Origin: Methanobacteriota archaeon
GTDB lineage: Archaea; JAADCQ01; Methanopyri; Methanopyrales; Methanopyraceae
Length of the DNA: 62,449 nt
Assembly (NCBI GenBank): GCA_027064305.1
Contig: JAMOPY010000046.1
Span: 1 to 62,449, forward strand
Reading direction: 5' to 3'
A program made the position numbers and the translations under genes. A model generated the notes under the pieces. The model did not search any database. It worked only from the letters and a program-made list of their open reading frames with translations, and was not told where the DNA came from. Shown in pieces: positions 20,310 through 28,893 of the stretch. Position 1 is the first letter of the stretch. Every line of letters begins with the position of its first letter.

Positions 20310-20575
20310 GCGATCGGCCGGAGGAGCGGCTGAGGTCGCTGCGGCTGATCCCGGACGATTACACGGTCCGTCCGCTGGCGCTCCGGTACCTGAAGAGGCT
20401 GGAGGATGATCACCCCGAGCTTCTGGAGGACGTCGTGCGTGAGGCGCTCGAGATCGCCCGGGAGGAGGGCCACTACGAGGTTCGGGCCGAGACGCTGAGG
20501 AAGGCGTACGCGAGGGTGAAGGGGATCAGCCTGGAGGAGGCGCGCCGGGAGTTCTTCCCGAAAGCGCTTAAATGA
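20306..20575 (+). CDS. Small helical hypothetical protein (histone-fold-like or AAA-lid-like C-terminus)
   Basis: ATGA-coupled to the upstream gene; [22 protein letters not shown]. Confidence 0.65.
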   Translation: MSDRPEERLRSLRLIPDDYTVRPLALRYLKRLEDDHPELLEDVVREALEIAREEGHYEVRAETLRKAYARVKGISLEEARREFFPKALK

Positions 20576-20596
20576 GTCGACCCGACCCCGGAAGCG

Positions 20597-20653
20597 GCCG
20601 GGCGCGGCGGCCCGCCGGAGAACGATGACGGCGGGCGGAACCCGCCCGGTACA
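20597..20653 (+). ncRNA. Box H/ACA guide sRNA; a possible second hairpin extends to ACA at 20723-20725
   Basis: Basal stem 20598-20604/20643-20649, pocket, upper stem 20611-20617/20629-20635, K-loop GAGAACGATGA, ACA at 20651-20653; TTAAAT at 20568-20573. Confidence 0.7.
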
Positions 20654-20738
20654 CGCAGCCGGCGGGGCGGAGGCGGCCGGTCGCGTCGGCCGACCGTGAC
20701 CGCCCCGTCCTTTGGGCCGGGCACAGCCGCGTCACCCC

Positions 20739-21101
20739 TCAGAACGTGAGTAGGTCGGCCGCCCCCTCCAGCTCCTTGCGGCACTCATCGCACGCGATCC
20801 GCCCCGTCACGCTGACCACGTCGTACCGGGACGGTGCCAGCCGGGCGTAGTACACGTTCGGCTTCTTCCCCAGGATCCCGCGCGCGAGCGACGACAGCAG
20901 CTCCCGGAGCTTGGACTCGAACACCTCCACGTCCTCCCGGACCAGGTTCCGAGTCTCCAGCGAGACCCCCACGCAGCCGCACGGCATCGCGAACACCGTC
21001 AGCTGCAGCACGCCCACGGGCTTCCCCAGCAAGTTCGACAGGCGCGACTCGGCCCGCCGCCGGGCCTCAGTCAGCCTCGACGGTTGCAGGCCGGCCGGCA
21101 T
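20739..21101 (-). CDS. DUF5402-like methanogen protein (CGC...CxxC)
   Basis: MPCGCVG, YYARL, IACDECR; follows the U32 gene. Confidence 0.65.
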   Translation of the reverse strand: MPAGLQPSRLTEARRRAESRLSNLLGKPVGVLQLTVFAMPCGCVGVSLETRNLVREDVEVFESKLRELLSSLARGILGKKPNVYYARLAPSRYDVVSVTGRIACDECRKELEGAADLLTF

Positions 21102-22119
21102 CCGTCAACCCGCCCCGGTAACTCACGGCCCGCTCCGCCAGCCGCTCGCAGAACCCGCACTCCGAGCACCTCTGATCGCACCGACCGGCCCGCTCCAGCA
21201 GCCCGTCGAGCTCCCGGTTGTCCAGGTGAACCAGGTGCCGCAGCGTAGTGGGACAGTCCAGGATGTCGAGCAGGTTCCCATCGTACCGGCGCTGCAGGTA
21301 CGCCCTCACCGCGCGCCGGATCCACCGGGTCGAGTTGGCGCGCCCCGCGATCTTGAACGAGTCCACCCCCAGCCTCCGGTACTCATCCACGTCCTCCGGA
21401 CGCACGAACGGCTGCTGCACCAGCAGCGTCGGGTTGTTCAGCCGCTCCGAGACGCACCGGACGTAGTACGAGTCCTCCACGACCCCCGCCTCGGAGCGGG
21501 TTGCGTGGGAGAACAGGCAGAAGTGGTACGGCCGGTACGGGCAGTCGGGCAGGCACCCCTCGTTCACGATGATCCGCAACCGGGCGGAGACCTCGCCCGC
21601 GATGGCCTCGACCACGTCCAGGCGCCGGTTCACGTTCGTGTCCAGGGTGATCTCGTCCACGCCCAACTCGTCGTAGTATCGGGCCCGTCGGGGCGTGTTC
21701 ACCTCCGAGACGCAGGAGACGGACACGTGGAAACCCCGCTCGAGGGCGGCGCGGATCAGGAGTGGGTCCGACAGCACCAGGTGCTCCACCCCGGCGTCGT
21801 CAAGCTCGGAGAGCGTACGCTCGAACCCGGAGAACCCGTCCCGGTTCGAGACGACCTCCGCCGTGCAGAGTGGGTTCATCACGATCTCCAGGTCGACGTC
21901 GTGCGAGTCGCACGCCTCGGCCACGGACTCGACCGTGTCCACGTCCACGTGGACGACGGTGGCCCGGCCGGTGCCCAGGGCCGGCAGGCCCATGTACACC
22001 CGGGTCACCTCGGGCTCGTCGGAGAACCAGTCGAGCAGGCGCTCGGTGGAGTCGGGATCGCCGGGAGAGGGGATGGAGAACAAGGGCCCCGCTCTCTCGG
22101 TGGGTGGCGAAACGATCAA
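21067..22119 (-). CDS. U32-family Fe-S protein (UbiU/UbiV/TrhP/RlhA-like)
   Basis: GTGR, VMNPLC, NEGCLPDCPYR, FVRPED, FKIAGR, C-terminal CxxxCxxCxxC. Confidence 0.85.
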   Translation of the reverse strand: MIVSPPTERAGPLFSIPSPGDPDSTERLLDWFSDEPEVTRVYMGLPALGTGRATVVHVDVDTVESVAEACDSHDVDLEIVMNPLCTAEVVSNRDGFSGFERTLSELDDAGVEHLVLSDPLLIRAALERGFHVSVSCVSEVNTPRRARYYDELGVDEITLDTNVNRRLDVVEAIAGEVSARLRIIVNEGCLPDCPYRPYHFCLFSHATRSEAGVVEDSYYVRCVSERLNNPTLLVQQPFVRPEDVDEYRRLGVDSFKIAGRANSTRWIRRAVRAYLQRRYDGNLLDILDCPTTLRHLVHLDNRELDGLLERAGRCDQRCSECGFCERLAERAVSYRGGLTDAGRPATVEAD

Positions 22120-22128
22120 GTGAGCTGT

Positions 22129-22647
22129 TTATTCCTTCGATGAGTCGTCATGATACTTGGTAACATCACGCCGCCCGTGCACCATACCGAGCCGCTCGAG
22201 CGCCCGCCGGGTCTCCCGCCTCACGGCCTCGCGAACGGACAGCCCGTGCAGCACGTGCGGAGGGGATAGGGCGGCCGTGAGCACGCGGCACCGGTCGTCC
22301 ACGAAGACGGTCATCGCCCCGGAGCCGGGGACCCCGAGGCGACCCCGGGCGATCGCGACGTCGGCGTCCGAGGTCTGAACGCCCAGCAGGGCCTTGAAGA
22401 GGGCGGGGCACGGGGTCGCGTCCGCCATCTCGGTGGGCACCTCGTGCATCTCCGCCTCCGGGAGCCCGAACGATCGCAGGACCTCGTTGACCGCCTCCAG
22501 CTTCTCCCGGTTGGAGGTGACCACCACGATGCGGTCGGCGGTCCGGAGACGCTCGCGGACGGCCCGGACCTCCTCCTCGCGGTCACCCAGACGGCGACCC
22601 TCGCTCGACTCCCTGACGGCGCGCAGCAGGAGCCTACCGAGGCTCAC
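22129..22647 (-). CDS. hcgB: FeGP cofactor biosynthesis guanylyltransferase HcgB
   Basis: ADATPCPALFKA, IARGRLGVPGSG, LTAALSPPH; hcg context. Confidence 0.88.
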   Translation of the reverse strand: MSLGRLLLRAVRESSEGRRLGDREEEVRAVRERLRTADRIVVVTSNREKLEAVNEVLRSFGLPEAEMHEVPTEMADATPCPALFKALLGVQTSDADVAIARGRLGVPGSGAMTVFVDDRCRVLTAALSPPHVLHGLSVREAVRRETRRALERLGMVHGRRDVTKYHDDSSKE

Positions 22648-24178
22648 AGGCCGGTCGAGCCCCCGTCCGCTCCGCGATCCTCCGGGCCACCCGGGGCAGG
22701 ACCGCGGTCACCAGGGCCTCGTCCGCCTCCTCCACGGCCCTCCGGTCGTCGCCCCCCATCCCGTGCACGGTCGCGTCCAGCTCCTCGTTGAGCAGCCGCA
22801 CCGTGACCCGCTCCACCCACGCGTCCGGGTCGCTGATGAGGATCTCCGAGACCCCGACCTCGTCCAGCGCCTTGGCAAGACCCCAGGCCGGGAACCGGCC
22901 CCCCAGCAGGGCGATCGTGTCCCCGTTAACCTCGCGGGCGACCTCCAGCGCGCTCCTCACCCGGGGCTCGAGCTCTCGGGCCCGACCGGACCGCAGGGCG
23001 GCCACCCAGTGAACGTCCCCTACGGGGATCCCGGAGACGTCGTTCGGGTACACCAGGTCCTCGCCGAGCATCAGGGAGGCTCGCACGATACCGTCGAGCT
23101 CGCTCCAACCGGCCGGAACGCTCGTCTGACCGTACCTGTCCCCGAGGACCCGCTTCATGAGCGCGAACACCCGGGGGAGCCCGAACCTACCGCGACGGGC
23201 GGTTCCGGGCTCGTAACCCACCATGTACCCGTGGTGGTTCCCGGGGAAGCCGGAGATGGCCCCGTTCAGGCCGGCCCGCAGGCCGGCGGCGAGCTCGTCC
23301 CGGTAGGCCCCGTTCGTGATCACCACCTTGCCGGGGGCCAGGATCCGCGCCGCGACCACGGCCCGTCGAAAGGCCGTCAGCCGGTCGTCGGCCCGGTTGA
23401 ACGGTCCTCCCTCGATCGCCAGGTAATCGACCCCTAGGTCCTCCACCGCCGCCCGAAGTCCGTCCGCCAGATCGTCCTCCCCGTCTCCCACGTGCAGGAT
23501 GGCGCCGACGCCCGCGCCCACCTCCCGGGCGGCGCGCACCACCCGCCGCATCTCCTCGAGCGGCGCCGCGTGACCCTCGGCCCCCTGACCGCCCTCCCCG
23601 GTCACGTTGACGCACACGGAGGAGGCGACCTTGAGCCACTCGAGCGGGTCCTCGTCCTGCCCACGCTCCCGGTCCATCAGCCGCCGGTGGACGCGGCCCC
23701 GGGGGCACTCCACGCAGGGGGGACCCTGGAGGTAGCAGGTCCCCTCACACTCGGTGACGTCCCGGGGAAACCTCATCGGCCCGCGGGCCCCGAGGTGATC
23801 CACGTCCACGGGAACGCGGACGCGGTCCACGAGCCGGCGGAAGAGCTCGATGGGACGCATCCCGGCGCGCTCGGCGGCGTCGGCCACCGCGTAGGCGCAC
23901 ACGTGCAGGCAGAGGCCCATCCGGTCCGCCAACTCCGCGTTCGCCAGGATGATCTCCGGTGGTTGGTCGGACGCGCACGGTCCCACGGCGAGCTCGATCA
24001 GGTCGCAGCCCATGGGGAAGGTGCGGAGGTTGTCCCCCAGAGCCTCCAGCTCGCGGTCCGAGAGCTCCAGTAGGTCCGACACCAGTCCGTCCACGTCTAG
24101 CCCGCCTCCGTACGCCCGGCGCTTCAGCTCGAGGGCTGCGTCGAGGGACTCGCACGCTTCCCGGAGCAGGTCAAGCAA
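22634..24178 (-). CDS. hcgG: FeGP cofactor biosynthesis protein HcgG (HmdC)
   Basis: FPMGCDLIELAVGPCAS, GPMRFP, CEGTCY, CPRGRVHRRL, EGGPFNR, NHHGYM. Confidence 0.88.
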   Translation of the reverse strand: MLDLLREACESLDAALELKRRAYGGGLDVDGLVSDLLELSDRELEALGDNLRTFPMGCDLIELAVGPCASDQPPEIILANAELADRMGLCLHVCAYAVADAAERAGMRPIELFRRLVDRVRVPVDVDHLGARGPMRFPRDVTECEGTCYLQGPPCVECPRGRVHRRLMDRERGQDEDPLEWLKVASSVCVNVTGEGGQGAEGHAAPLEEMRRVVRAAREVGAGVGAILHVGDGEDDLADGLRAAVEDLGVDYLAIEGGPFNRADDRLTAFRRAVVAARILAPGKVVITNGAYRDELAAGLRAGLNGAISGFPGNHHGYMVGYEPGTARRGRFGLPRVFALMKRVLGDRYGQTSVPAGWSELDGIVRASLMLGEDLVYPNDVSGIPVGDVHWVAALRSGRARELEPRVRSALEVAREVNGDTIALLGGRFPAWGLAKALDEVGVSEILISDPDAWVERVTVRLLNEELDATVHGMGGDDRRAVEEADEALVTAVLPRVARRIAERTGARPACEPR

Positions 24179-25203
24179 GCCCGCCTACCCTCGTTCACGC
24201 TCAGTGCGGGCTTGAGCCCGAAGTTCTCGATGAGCTCGATCACGCGGTCGAGGTTGCCCGTGCGCGGGCTCCCCACTCCCTTGACCTCGTGCGGATGGTC
24301 GTCCGGGATGACCGTCGCCAGGTTGTCCGCCCCGGCCATCAGGGCCACCTGAACCTCCTCGGGACCGATCGTCGGGGTCGGGGCCGTGATCATCAGGTCC
24401 GGGTACATCAGCCGGGCCACCGCCATCACCCGAGCCTGCTCCAGGAGCGGGCACCGGGGGTGGTTCTCCATCGGGGTCCCGGGGTACGGGTGGAACCCCA
24501 TAATCGGGATCTCCATGAGCGTCTCGAACCGGGCCAGGAACCGCAGGTGCCGGGCCCGATCCCTCCGCGACTCACCAACGCCGACCAGGAGGCCGCTGGA
24601 GAGGCCGATCCCGTGCTCGCACACGAGCTCGCAGGTCCGGATCCGGGCGTCGAGGTCGTCCCCGGGCTTCAATCGCTCGAAGAGCCCGCGGTTGATGGTT
24701 TCCAGGTTGCAACAGACGGTTTCCACACCGAGCTCCCGGAGCCCCCGGAGCGCCTCGCGGGACAGGTCGTGACCGAAGTTGACCAGGACGAGCAGGTCGG
24801 TGTGCTCCTTCACCGCCCTCGCGGCCATGACGGCGAGCCGGCCGCCGTCGCCCCGGTACGCGCCCGAGCAGCTCACCCTCGGGATCCCGGATCGCTCGAT
24901 CGCGCGCGCCGCCTCGGCCACCTCCTCGTAGGACCTGGTGAACGGGCGGTGGTACCCTCTCGGGGACGCGCCGGCCGCGAACCCGCAGAACGCGCACCTG
25001 GGTCGGATCCGGCACTCGTTCGTCACGTGGATCGTGGACGTCAGCAGGACCCGCTCCCCGCGGTACCGCAACCGCTCCTCGAAGGCGGCCCGGAACAGGT
25101 CGTGAACGCGCGGGCCCTTCGCGGAGAGCAGTCGCACTATCGCCCCCTCATCGGCTCGATGACGGTCGATTCGTACCTCCCGGAGGGCCCGCTTGAACCT
25201 CAA
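24124..25203 (-). CDS. hcgA: Radical SAM protein HcgA (HmdB)
   Basis: CX5CX2C motif (CRIRPRCAFC), CCNLET, GADNLATV; TTG start at 25203. Confidence 0.9.
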   Translation of the reverse strand: MRFKRALREVRIDRHRADEGAIVRLLSAKGPRVHDLFRAAFEERLRYRGERVLLTSTIHVTNECRIRPRCAFCGFAAGASPRGYHRPFTRSYEEVAEAARAIERSGIPRVSCSGAYRGDGGRLAVMAARAVKEHTDLLVLVNFGHDLSREALRGLRELGVETVCCNLETINRGLFERLKPGDDLDARIRTCELVCEHGIGLSSGLLVGVGESRRDRARHLRFLARFETLMEIPIMGFHPYPGTPMENHPRCPLLEQARVMAVARLMYPDLMITAPTPTIGPEEVQVALMAGADNLATVIPDDHPHEVKGVGSPRTGNLDRVIELIENFGLKPALSVNEGRRACLTCSGKRASPSTQPSS

Positions 25204-25885
25204 CCTCGACCCCCCAGGGGCAGCGCGGGTCGACCAGCTCAACCTTGACCGGGAGCCGCTCGTCCAGCTCCCTTCGCAGCTCCCGGAGCCCGGGCAGCTC
25301 GGTGGCGGCGTGGGTGGCGTCCACGCAGCTGACGTTCAGAAGCCGAGCCCGGAGCGCGACGTGGTGGGTCAGGTCCCCGGACACGACCACGCGGGCCCCG
25401 ACCTCGGCCGCCAGCTCCACGAAGTCGGGCCGGGACAGACCGAAGCCCGGGACGGCTAGGACCCGGGACGCGTCGACCGTGGCCTCAACCACGCGCAGCT
25501 CGGGCGGGTCGAGCCTCGAGACCCGGTCCAACAACTCGGGTAGGGTACCGTCGAACGAGCCCAGGGCGGCGAGGTCGTGGGGACGCTCGACGTCCTCCAG
25601 GCCGAGGAACTCGGCCAGCGCGAGGGCCCCTCGGGCGGCGTCCCAGTTGGAGTGTGCGACGATGATCGGAAACCCGACGTCCCGGAGCGGCTCCGGAACC
25701 GGATGGTGGGAGACGACCAGGGTGCCCTCGGGCACCTTTGAGGCGAGGTCGGGGGTGAGGTCGAGGCAGACGAGGACGCGGCTCACCTCCTGCGACTCGG
25801 ACCCACCGACGAGGCCCACCTCGTCCCCCTTCACGGCCCGGTCGAAGGGGGCGAGCTCGTCGAGCGTCTCCAGCACCTCGCCCAC
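25148..25885 (-). CDS. hcgD: Nif3-like protein HcgD
   Basis: GDEVGL, SHHP, HSNWD, SGDLTHH, DATHAATE; start uncertain (25885-25918). Confidence 0.85.
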   Translation of the reverse strand: MGEVLETLDELAPFDRAVKGDEVGLVGGSESQEVSRVLVCLDLTPDLASKVPEGTLVVSHHPVPEPLRDVGFPIIVAHSNWDAARGALALAEFLGLEDVERPHDLAALGSFDGTLPELLDRVSRLDPPELRVVEATVDASRVLAVPGFGLSRPDFVELAAEVGARVVVSGDLTHHVALRARLLNVSCVDATHAATELPGLRELRRELDERLPVKVELVDPRCPWGVEVEVQAGPPGGTNRPSSSR

Positions 25886-25886
25886 G

Positions 25887-26645
25887 CTAACGCTCTCGGA
25901 CCTCGAAGAGGAGCTCATCCAGGACCTCCCCGAGCACCTCGTCCGGGTCCACGGCGCCCCGGAGCTGCGAGACGGTCACCGCGGGCCGCTCCTTGGCCCG
26001 TTCCACGCCCTCCCTGGGTCGCTTGAGCGCGAAGGTCCAACGCTCGAGGTTGACGATCCCGGGGATCGCGTAGAGGACGCCGTAGTGCCGCTCCAGCCGG
26101 TTGGCCGCCTCCCGGACGACGCGGATGGAGAGGGTGAACGTGCCGGAGGTCTTGACCTCGAACGGGGCGTCCATCAGTCGGAGCTCGTACGACTCCTCCC
26201 CGGCCTTCAGCCTCTCCTCAGTCTCGTTATGCTCCTCCACGCGGGGATCGTTGAGGTTCCCCTCCGGGTTCTCCACGACCAGGATCTCCGGGCCGAGTCG
26301 CCGCAGCGAGCGCGGATCCACCCCACCCAGGCCGGTGAAGTCGAGGACCGCGTCGTAGCGGCCCGGCGGGGGGACCCGCGCGGCCCGAAATCGGACCCCG
26401 TCGGGCAGCAGGTCGCCCACGGCGGGCTCCGGGTCCAGGACGGTCACGTCGTACCCCTCCTCCACCAGCAGCTCGGACGCGAAGACGCCGGTGAGGTAGC
26501 CACCTAGGATGAGCACCCGGGCGTCCTCCGGGAGTACCTCCAGCACCTCCTCCGCCTTGAGGTACCCCACCTCCCGAACGACGTCCCAAAACGGGCGCGA
26601 GGTCACGGTCTCGGTGAGGTCGGTGATGCCGCGCTCGCCCCGCAA
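25887..26645 (-). CDS. hcgC: Pyridinol methyltransferase HcgC
   Basis: GITDLTET, GGYLTG, DFTGLGG, KTSGTFTL, GVLYAIP; TTG at 26645. Confidence 0.88.
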   Translation of the reverse strand: MRGERGITDLTETVTSRPFWDVVREVGYLKAEEVLEVLPEDARVLILGGYLTGVFASELLVEEGYDVTVLDPEPAVGDLLPDGVRFRAARVPPPGRYDAVLDFTGLGGVDPRSLRRLGPEILVVENPEGNLNDPRVEEHNETEERLKAGEESYELRLMDAPFEVKTSGTFTLSIRVVREAANRLERHYGVLYAIPGIVNLERWTFALKRPREGVERAKERPAVTVSQLRGAVDPDEVLGEVLDELLFEVRER

Positions 26646-26716
26646 CCGGGACCCCGCGCCGGTGGAGCCGTCGGGGTCGTTAAAATGGGTCGCCTCGGCC
26701 CGCCGGAGGGGCACCC

Positions 26717-27274
26717 GTGCTTCGCGTGGCCACGGCCGAGTGCTTCACGCACGGGCGCGTGGGGAGGGAGATCCACGCCTCCGCGAGCGGTTACACCGGG
26801 GAGCTGGGCTCCGACATCCTGGGCGACAGCCTGGAGGGGCGCGTCTCGGTCGTGGCCGCCTGCTTCATCCCCACGATCTCCGGGCTCCGCGGGCTGCTCG
26901 GGGTTGACCCGCCCGAGCCCGATTACACCACGAAATCCGGTGCAAAGGCCTACTCGGAGGAGAAGGATCGGGAAGTGGCCAAGCTCATGGCTCGGGCCGT
27001 ACGAGAGAGGACCGGCGCCGACGTGGGCATCGGCACGACCGCGGGGATCGGCCGGGGCGCGATCTGCCTGGACGACGGCAGGGTGACCGTGGTGGCCCGG
27101 ACCGACGTGCACGCGAACCTGCTGAGGCCGGACGAGAGGATCGCGAGGCGGCAGCGGCAGGGCGTTCGTCGGGCCCTGCTCCTCTTTCGGGCGTACGTGG
27201 AGGGGGAATTAGCGGAAGTGGTGGAGAAGGAGTGGGTGGTGGAGGCCCGGGGCGTTACTTCGGGTCCTCCATGA
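26717..27274 (+). CDS. hcgF: FeGP cofactor biosynthesis protein HcgF (UPF0254)
   Basis: VATAECFTHGRVG, IGTTAGIGRGAIC. Confidence 0.9.
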   Translation: MLRVATAECFTHGRVGREIHASASGYTGELGSDILGDSLEGRVSVVAACFIPTISGLRGLLGVDPPEPDYTTKSGAKAYSEEKDREVAKLMARAVRERTGADVGIGTTAGIGRGAICLDDGRVTVVARTDVHANLLRPDERIARRQRQGVRRALLLFRAYVEGELAEVVEKEWVVEARGVTSGPP

Positions 27275-28112
27275 GCTCCCGCTTGGAGAGCACCGTGCCG
27301 TCCGGCGCGTGCGGGGTCCGGAGGACGGTGTCGTTGGACTTCTCGATCTCGCGCGCCTCGTCGGCGAGCTTGGCGGCCTGTCGCATCATCTCGTGGGCGG
27401 AGGCGACGATGGGCACGTACCGCTCCTTGTCCTGCTCCATGAAGCAGCCCTCGACGGTCACGTCCGCCACGTCCTCGGCGATCTCGAGCGCGGCCATCGC
27501 CTTCGCGCGCGCGTACGGGTTCTCGAACTCGTCCTTCAGCTCGTCCAGCAGCGTGTTCCGGTCGATGACCAGCCGCGGCAGGTCGTCCTCGGTGATCTCG
27601 CCCTCCTTGGCCTTCTCGATGAGCTCATCGAAGGTCCGCTGGACCAGCCTCAGGACGCCCGTGGCCGCGAGCGTCTTCACCAGGTCGGCGTTGTACACGG
27701 CCATCTCGACCGGGTCCAGGAACTCGCGGCGGGCGCCGATCATGGCGTCCGGCTTGACGAGGATGTAGCCCAGGCCCTGCTCCTCCATCTCGTCCTTCAC
27801 CTTCAGCCCGGGGGAGTCCCCGATGATCACGGCCGGGTAGTCCGACTCGGCGAGCATCTCCCGGGCCTTGGAGGGACCGGGGGCGCTCGGGTTGGGGCCG
27901 CCGTACACGATGAAGTCCGGCTCGAAGTCCTCCGCCAGGTCCAGGGCGGTCTGAACGACGTCCTCCACGTACTCCGGGTCCATCTTGACGGAGCTGCTCA
28001 GGATGCGGAACTCGACGTCCTCACGGTCGGCGCGCTCGTCCAGGAGCATGTCCACCATCATGGTCGTTCCCAGGTTGCCGCACTTGATGAAGATGGCCTT
28101 AACCTCCGCCAT
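27255..28112 (-). CDS. mtd: F420-dependent methylene-H4MPT dehydrogenase
   Basis: KAIFIKCGNLG, LDERADRED, MIGARREFLDPVEM, SAHEMMR, RTPH. Confidence 0.96.
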   Translation of the reverse strand: MAEVKAIFIKCGNLGTTMMVDMLLDERADREDVEFRILSSSVKMDPEYVEDVVQTALDLAEDFEPDFIVYGGPNPSAPGPSKAREMLAESDYPAVIIGDSPGLKVKDEMEEQGLGYILVKPDAMIGARREFLDPVEMAVYNADLVKTLAATGVLRLVQRTFDELIEKAKEGEITEDDLPRLVIDRNTLLDELKDEFENPYARAKAMAALEIAEDVADVTVEGCFMEQDKERYVPIVASAHEMMRQAAKLADEAREIEKSNDTVLRTPHAPDGTVLSKRELMEDPK

Positions 28113-28182
28113 GGCGCGCACCCCTGGGCCCGCCGGGCCGCCTCGGGATATCACGAGATCGTCCTCCCAACTATCGAAACGA

Positions 28183-28190
28183 TTATTTAA
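28183..28190 (-). promoter_or_regulatory. TATA box in the divergent mtd/hcgE gap
   Basis: TTAAATAA on the minus strand. Confidence 0.45.
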
Positions 28191-28203
28191 GGAGGGATGG
28201 GCG

Positions 28204-28893
28204 TTGCCCGGTTTGGCCCGGCTGGAGCGCCGCAAGCGGCCTCGGGGCACCGTGCTACTGTGCGGAGTGGGACGGCTCGGGTTCCGGGTTTTCATCCAAC
28301 TGGTTGAAACCCACCGCGGAGGACCGGAAACCGTAGTGTGCGTGGACGGTCAGGAGGTCGAGCCGAACGACGTGATCCACCTCCGGCACGGGGCCCGGGT
28401 GGGCGAGAACAAGGCCGAGTTTTGCGCCCGGCTGGGCCGCGCTCACCCGGATCGGGACGTGATCGCCGTTCCGGAGTATGTGCGGGAGGAGAAGGCAGAG
28501 TCCCTGGTGGAAAAGTGGAGACCGGACGTCGTGGTGATCACAATCGCGGGCGGCCGGACCACGCCCGTCACGGCCAGGCTGGCGCGGGCGGGGCGTGAGG
28601 CGGGGGCGACCACCGTCAGCACCGGGGGCGTGTTCGGTTACGGGAGCGAGGACGTCCGGGTGCTGAGTCTGAGGGAGGCCTCGGGGCCCGTGGCCCGGGA
28701 GCTTCGGTCGCTGGGCGCCCCCGGGGATCACCTACTGGTCACCACCGGCCGCTACATTCGGGACCCGGATCCGCTGGCGCCGGCCGTGCTGGACCGAGTG
28801 GCCCGTCGGCTGGTGGAGGTGACGCTGCGATCGCTGCAGGGCCCGGAGGAGCGCCGCCAGCGCGAGCAGGATCGGGAGTCCGGCCGCCGGTGA
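28204..28893 (+). CDS. hcgE: ThiF/E1-like adenylyltransferase HcgE
   Basis: GVGRLG, THRGGP, GENKAEF, TIAGG, STGGVFG; hcg context. Confidence 0.85.
   Translation: MPGLARLERRKRPRGTVLLCGVGRLGFRVFIQLVETHRGGPETVVCVDGQEVEPNDVIHLRHGARVGENKAEFCARLGRAHPDRDVIAVPEYVREEKAESLVEKWRPDVVVITIAGGRTTPVTARLARAGREAGATTVSTGGVFGYGSEDVRVLSLREASGPVARELRSLGAPGDHLLVTTGRYIRDPDPLAPAVLDRVARRLVEVTLRSLQGPEERRQREQDRESGRR

Noticed and set aside
22140-22170. Partial resemblance to the ATCGTTAY-N7-GTAACGAT motif (also 28158-28183 and a half-site at 29060)
   Set aside because: Too many mismatches or wrong spacing.
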